From the NCBI GenBank assembly GCA_964467255.1, contig CAYXPR010000003.1, positions 1,145 through 65,144 on the forward strand: 64,000 bases of DNA, read 5' to 3'. The stretch is from an uncultured Rickettsiales bacterium (GTDB lineage Bacteria; Pseudomonadota; Alphaproteobacteria; Rickettsiales; RGZB01). Every line of letters starts with the position of its first letter. The first letter of the stretch is position 1. Shown here in pieces: positions 60,614 to 64,000 of this stretch. A model generated the notes under the pieces. It had not been told where the DNA came from. It saw nothing but the letters and a program-made list of their open reading frames with translations, and did no database searches. The translations under genes and the position numbers were made by a program.

Positions 60614-61048
60614 AAGGGGGGTACGATAGACAAGCTGTCCTCTCTCTTCAAGCAATAAACCAATTCATTTTTAAGCATCACCTTACTACTTAATAAATAA
60701 TATTCTTTATAAATAAGTCTTTAGTAAGACTAGTAGTGTATAGGCATAAGATGAATTACGAATCTATGAACAGTATGTTCATGAAAAAATCTAATATCGA
60801 ATAATGGAATATAATTGGTGATAACTAAAAAACCTATTTGAAATAAAGTAGAAAAAAGGAATGTGAACTCTGTGGGTTATTACTTATCCACGGTTTTCAC
60901 AAAAATAAAAAAAGCGTATCTACATGTGGAAAACATGTGTGACAAGCACCGTGAAATATGGGATAAAAAACAGCGTGTGGATAAACACCCCACTTATTCA
61001 TTTTTTATACAGCATCTTTTCACACCATGCTGTGGATAACATCAGTAT
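60614..61048. other. Probable chromosomal replication origin (oriC)
   Basis: Very AT-rich hemE-ppsR intergenic region, the usual alphaproteobacterial oriC position; DnaA boxes TGTGGATAA (60976, 61031), TTATCCACG (60884), TGTGGAAAA (60925); TAG-rich tract at about 60722-60742; flanking genes diverge. Confidence 0.88.
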
Positions 61049-61894
61049 ATGACTGCAAAAGAAGCACCTATTAAACATTTTCATCTTCATCTTGTGTCAG
61101 ACTCCACGGGTGAAACCGTCTCCAGTGTGGCGCGTTCGGTGCTGTCGATGTTTGATGGAACAGAGGCAGAAGAGCATTTATGGTCTCTCGTCCGCACGAA
61201 AGGGCAAATGGATAAGGTGCTAGAAGGTATTCGTGAAAATCCAGGCCTTGTGCTTTACACCATCATGGAAGAAAAGCTTCAGCAGCAACTGAAAGAAGGT
61301 TGCCGCAGTATGGAAGTGGTGTGTATCCCGGTGCTCAATCACATCATTCGTGAAATATCGGATTTCTTAGGCCTTAAAAAAATGAAATCTGCCCCCGGCA
61401 GGCAATATGAACTGGATGAAGAATATTTCACCCGCGTCGAAGCCATTAACTTTGCGCTCGCGCACGACGATGGTCAAAATGCGCATAATCTTGATGAGGC
61501 GGATATTGTGCTCGTGGGCCCTTCCCGCACCTCCAAAACACCGACCTGCGTGTATCTTTCTTATCGCGGATATAATTCTGCCAACGTACCTTTCGTAATG
61601 AATTGTCCACTGCCAGAAACATTGTTTAATCTTAAAAAGCCGCTGGTGGTGGGTTTGGTGATAAGCCCTGAGCGACTAATCCAGATTCGTAAAACGCGCC
61701 TGATTTCGCTCAATGAAACACGCGAAACATCGTATGTGGATATGGATAAAATCAAAGAAGAAGTGGCCGAGGCACGAAAAATTTATGCCAAATATAACTG
61801 GCCGGTGATTGACGTCACGCGCCGCTCGATTGAAGAAACCGTGGCAAACATTATCAATTTGTATAATGAACGCAAGGCCAAGCACGATGCCTAA
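61049..61894 (+). CDS. ppsR: PPDK/PEP synthase regulatory protein (kinase/pyrophosphorylase, DUF299)
   Basis: HLVSDSTGET, HDDGQ, GPSRTSKTP, DVTRRSIEET. Confidence 0.93.
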   Translation: MTAKEAPIKHFHLHLVSDSTGETVSSVARSVLSMFDGTEAEEHLWSLVRTKGQMDKVLEGIRENPGLVLYTIMEEKLQQQLKEGCRSMEVVCIPVLNHIIREISDFLGLKKMKSAPGRQYELDEEYFTRVEAINFALAHDDGQNAHNLDEADIVLVGPSRTSKTPTCVYLSYRGYNSANVPFVMNCPLPETLFNLKKPLVVGLVISPERLIQIRKTRLISLNETRETSYVDMDKIKEEVAEARKIYAKYNWPVIDVTRRSIEETVANIINLYNERKAKHDA

Positions 61895-62768
61895 AAAAGC
61901 TGGCGTTATTGGTTTTCCCATCGGCCATTCGCTTTCACCGCGAATTCATGGCTATTGGCTGAAGGAGCATGGTATTGAAGGCAGTTATACGGCCATTGAA
62001 GTGCATGCGGGGGAACTCAGTTCTTTTTTAAAAAGCCTGGCTGAAAATAATTATGCGGGCGTAAACGTGACGTTGCCACACAAAGAAAATGCACTGAAAT
62101 ATGTGGATGAAGTAGAGCCGCTTTCACGCTTCATCGGTGCGGTGAACACGGTGGTGGTGCGCAATGGAAAACTATTGGCCACGAATACGGACATGGGCGG
62201 GTTTTTTGAAAACTTAGCGCAGGGTGCGCCGGGGTTTGAATTCCACAAAGGCAAGGCGGTTGTGCTGGGCGCGGGCGGTGCCGCGCGTGCGATTATCACG
62301 GCGCTGCTTATTTATGGTGTACCGGAAATTGTATTGTTGAACCGCACCCGCGAGCGCGCCGAAGAAATCAAAAAACATTTCGCAGGCGGTATGCCGGAAG
62401 ATGACATCACCGGCCGTATCGATTGGCCACAGCTGGCGAATAAAATCACCATCCTGCCGTGGGAAGAAAAAGAACAGGCGCTGGTGGGCGCCAACATGCT
62501 GGTCAACACCACCGCGCTTGGCATGAAGGGCAAAGACAGGCTTGAAATCGACCTCGCCAATTTGCCCAGTGCGGCGCTGGTAAACGACATCGTCTATAAT
62601 CCGCTGGAAACAGAGTTACTTGCGCAGGCAAAAAAACGCGGCAACCGTGTGGTGGATGGTTTGGGCATGCTGCTGCATCAGGCGGTGCCGGGGTTTGAGG
62701 CATGGTTTGGCGTGCGCCCGAAAGTAACGCACGCGCTGCGCCAGCATGTGCTGGAGGGGATGAAATAA
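61887..62768 (+). CDS. aroE: Shikimate dehydrogenase
   Basis: HSLSPRIH, NVTLPHKE, GAVNT, NTD, GAGGAARA, DIVYNP, GLGMLLHQA. Confidence 0.96.
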   Translation: MPKKAGVIGFPIGHSLSPRIHGYWLKEHGIEGSYTAIEVHAGELSSFLKSLAENNYAGVNVTLPHKENALKYVDEVEPLSRFIGAVNTVVVRNGKLLATNTDMGGFFENLAQGAPGFEFHKGKAVVLGAGGAARAIITALLIYGVPEIVLLNRTRERAEEIKKHFAGGMPEDDITGRIDWPQLANKITILPWEEKEQALVGANMLVNTTALGMKGKDRLEIDLANLPSAALVNDIVYNPLETELLAQAKKRGNRVVDGLGMLLHQAVPGFEAWFGVRPKVTHALRQHVLEGMK

Positions 62769-62770
62769 TT

Positions 62771-63388
62771 ATGTTGGTCGTTGGCCTCACAGGCTCTATC
62801 GGGATGGGGAAAAGTTACGTGGCAGAACGCCTGCGTGAAATGAATATTCCTGTGTTCGACGCCGATAATATCGTGCATGAATTGTTTGAGAATCCGGATT
62901 CTCCTGCCCTAAGCGGTGTTGAAAAACTATTTCCGGATTGTGTAGTAGATGGCGTGCTAAACCGCCAAGCGCTTGGCGCAGAAGTCTTTCATAATACAGA
63001 AAAACGCAAACAGCTTGAGGCGGTGATTCATCCGCTGGTGCTAAAAGAAAAGCGCCGCTTTTTAACCCACCAACGTCTGGCAAAATCGCCACTCGTGGTA
63101 CTCGATATTCCGCTGCTCTATGAGCTGGGCTGGGAAAAATACTGTGGCGCAGTGATGGTCGCGCACGCACCTGCGGCCATTCAGCGCCGCCGCGTGCTGT
63201 CGCGCCCCGGCATGACGGAAGAAAAATTTAATGCCATCCTCGCGAGCCAAATGCCATCGGTGGAAAAAGAAAAGCGTGCAGACTATGTGATTAACACAGG
63301 CGTCACGCGCGGCAAAGTTGTGTCGCAACTTAAAAAAACCATCGCGGCGATGATTGACGGGAAGTTGCGTGAAAGGAAAAAATCATGA
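62771..63388 (+). CDS. coaE: Dephospho-CoA kinase
   Basis: [28 protein letters not shown]. Confidence 0.96.
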   Translation: MLVVGLTGSIGMGKSYVAERLREMNIPVFDADNIVHELFENPDSPALSGVEKLFPDCVVDGVLNRQALGAEVFHNTEKRKQLEAVIHPLVLKEKRRFLTHQRLAKSPLVVLDIPLLYELGWEKYCGAVMVAHAPAAIQRRRVLSRPGMTEEKFNAILASQMPSVEKEKRADYVINTGVTRGKVVSQLKKTIAAMIDGKLRERKKS

Positions 63389-64000
63389 GAGAGATTGCGC
63401 TCGATACCGAAACCACAGGCCTAGAGCCGCGCGACGGTCACCGCATTGTTGAAATCGGCTGCGTGGAAATGGTGGGGCGTATCCGCACCGGCAAGCACTT
63501 CCATGCCTACTTAAATCCGGAGCGCGACATGCCGCCCGAGGCTTTCCGTGTGCATGGTCTTTCCACCGAGTTCCTCATGGACAAGCCGCTATTTTCAGAG
63601 TCGGCAGAAGAATTTCTGGCCTTCATTGGCGAAGATGCGCTGGTGATTCACAATGCTGCATTCGATATGAAATTCTTAAATGCCGAGCTAACCAAGGTGG
63701 GCAAAGAAGCCCTCTCTATGGCGCGGGTAACAGACACCATGCTGCTAGCGCGTGCGAAATTCCCCGGTGCCCCGGCAAGTCTTGATGCGCTCTGTCGCCG
63801 GTTTAACATCGACCTTTCTTCGCGCACCAAACACGGCGCGCTGCTGGATGCCGAACTGCTGGCGGAAATGTATCTGGAGCTTACGGGCGGCAGTCAGCGG
63901 ACGCTAGAGCTTGCGGCGAACAATACAGCGAATGTGGAGGTTGCTGCGCAACAGATGCGTGAAATGCTGGTGCCGCGCACGCATGCCGCATCTGAAGCAG
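63385..64000 (+). CDS. dnaQ: DNA polymerase III epsilon subunit (partial, runs off the window)
   Basis: [44 protein letters not shown]; ATGA overlap with coaE. Confidence 0.96.
   Translation, partial: MREIALDTETTGLEPRDGHRIVEIGCVEMVGRIRTGKHFHAYLNPERDMPPEAFRVHGLSTEFLMDKPLFSESAEEFLAFIGEDALVIHNAAFDMKFLNAELTKVGKEALSMARVTDTMLLARAKFPGAPASLDALCRRFNIDLSSRTKHGALLDAELLAEMYLELTGGSQRTLELAANNTANVEVAAQQMREMLVPRTHAASEA

Overview
Chromosomal window of an alphaproteobacterium that spans the probable replication origin (hemE-oriC-ppsR-aroE-coaE-dnaQ at the right end). Archaeal-type ValRS plus type-2 IleRS suggest an early-branching Rickettsiales-like lineage (inference). Left to right: valS (runs off the left edge) coupled to a complete bufferin RiPP operon (DUF2282-DUF692-DUF2063-DoxX); an orphan cI/cro-like divergent HTH pair; ileS; mscL; wzm-wzt plus two sulfotransferases and two RTX/S-layer-like paralogues; phoR-pstCAB-phoB without pstS or phoU; ampG, a PfkB kinase, cytochrome c and nfeD-SPFH; a fragmented yejABEF; folB/folM; tRNA-Lys; mdh-sucCDAB-lpdA; rho with an RGG/Asn-rich extension; hemJ-hemH-hemE. 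Main unexplained pattern: five unrelated orphan genes sit between conserved genes and each carries the same promoter layout, a CtrA-type box (TTAA-N7-TTAA, 0-1 mismatch) 11-12 nt from a TAnnnT -10 element. One of them has EreA/ChaN/TIKI/RRSP-like protease motifs, suggesting a cell-cycle-controlled effector regulon. Also seen: a palindromic repeat present once between genes and once in frame inside ileS, and AT-rich in-frame patches in the editing domains of both synthetases. All calls were made by eye, with no database searches.
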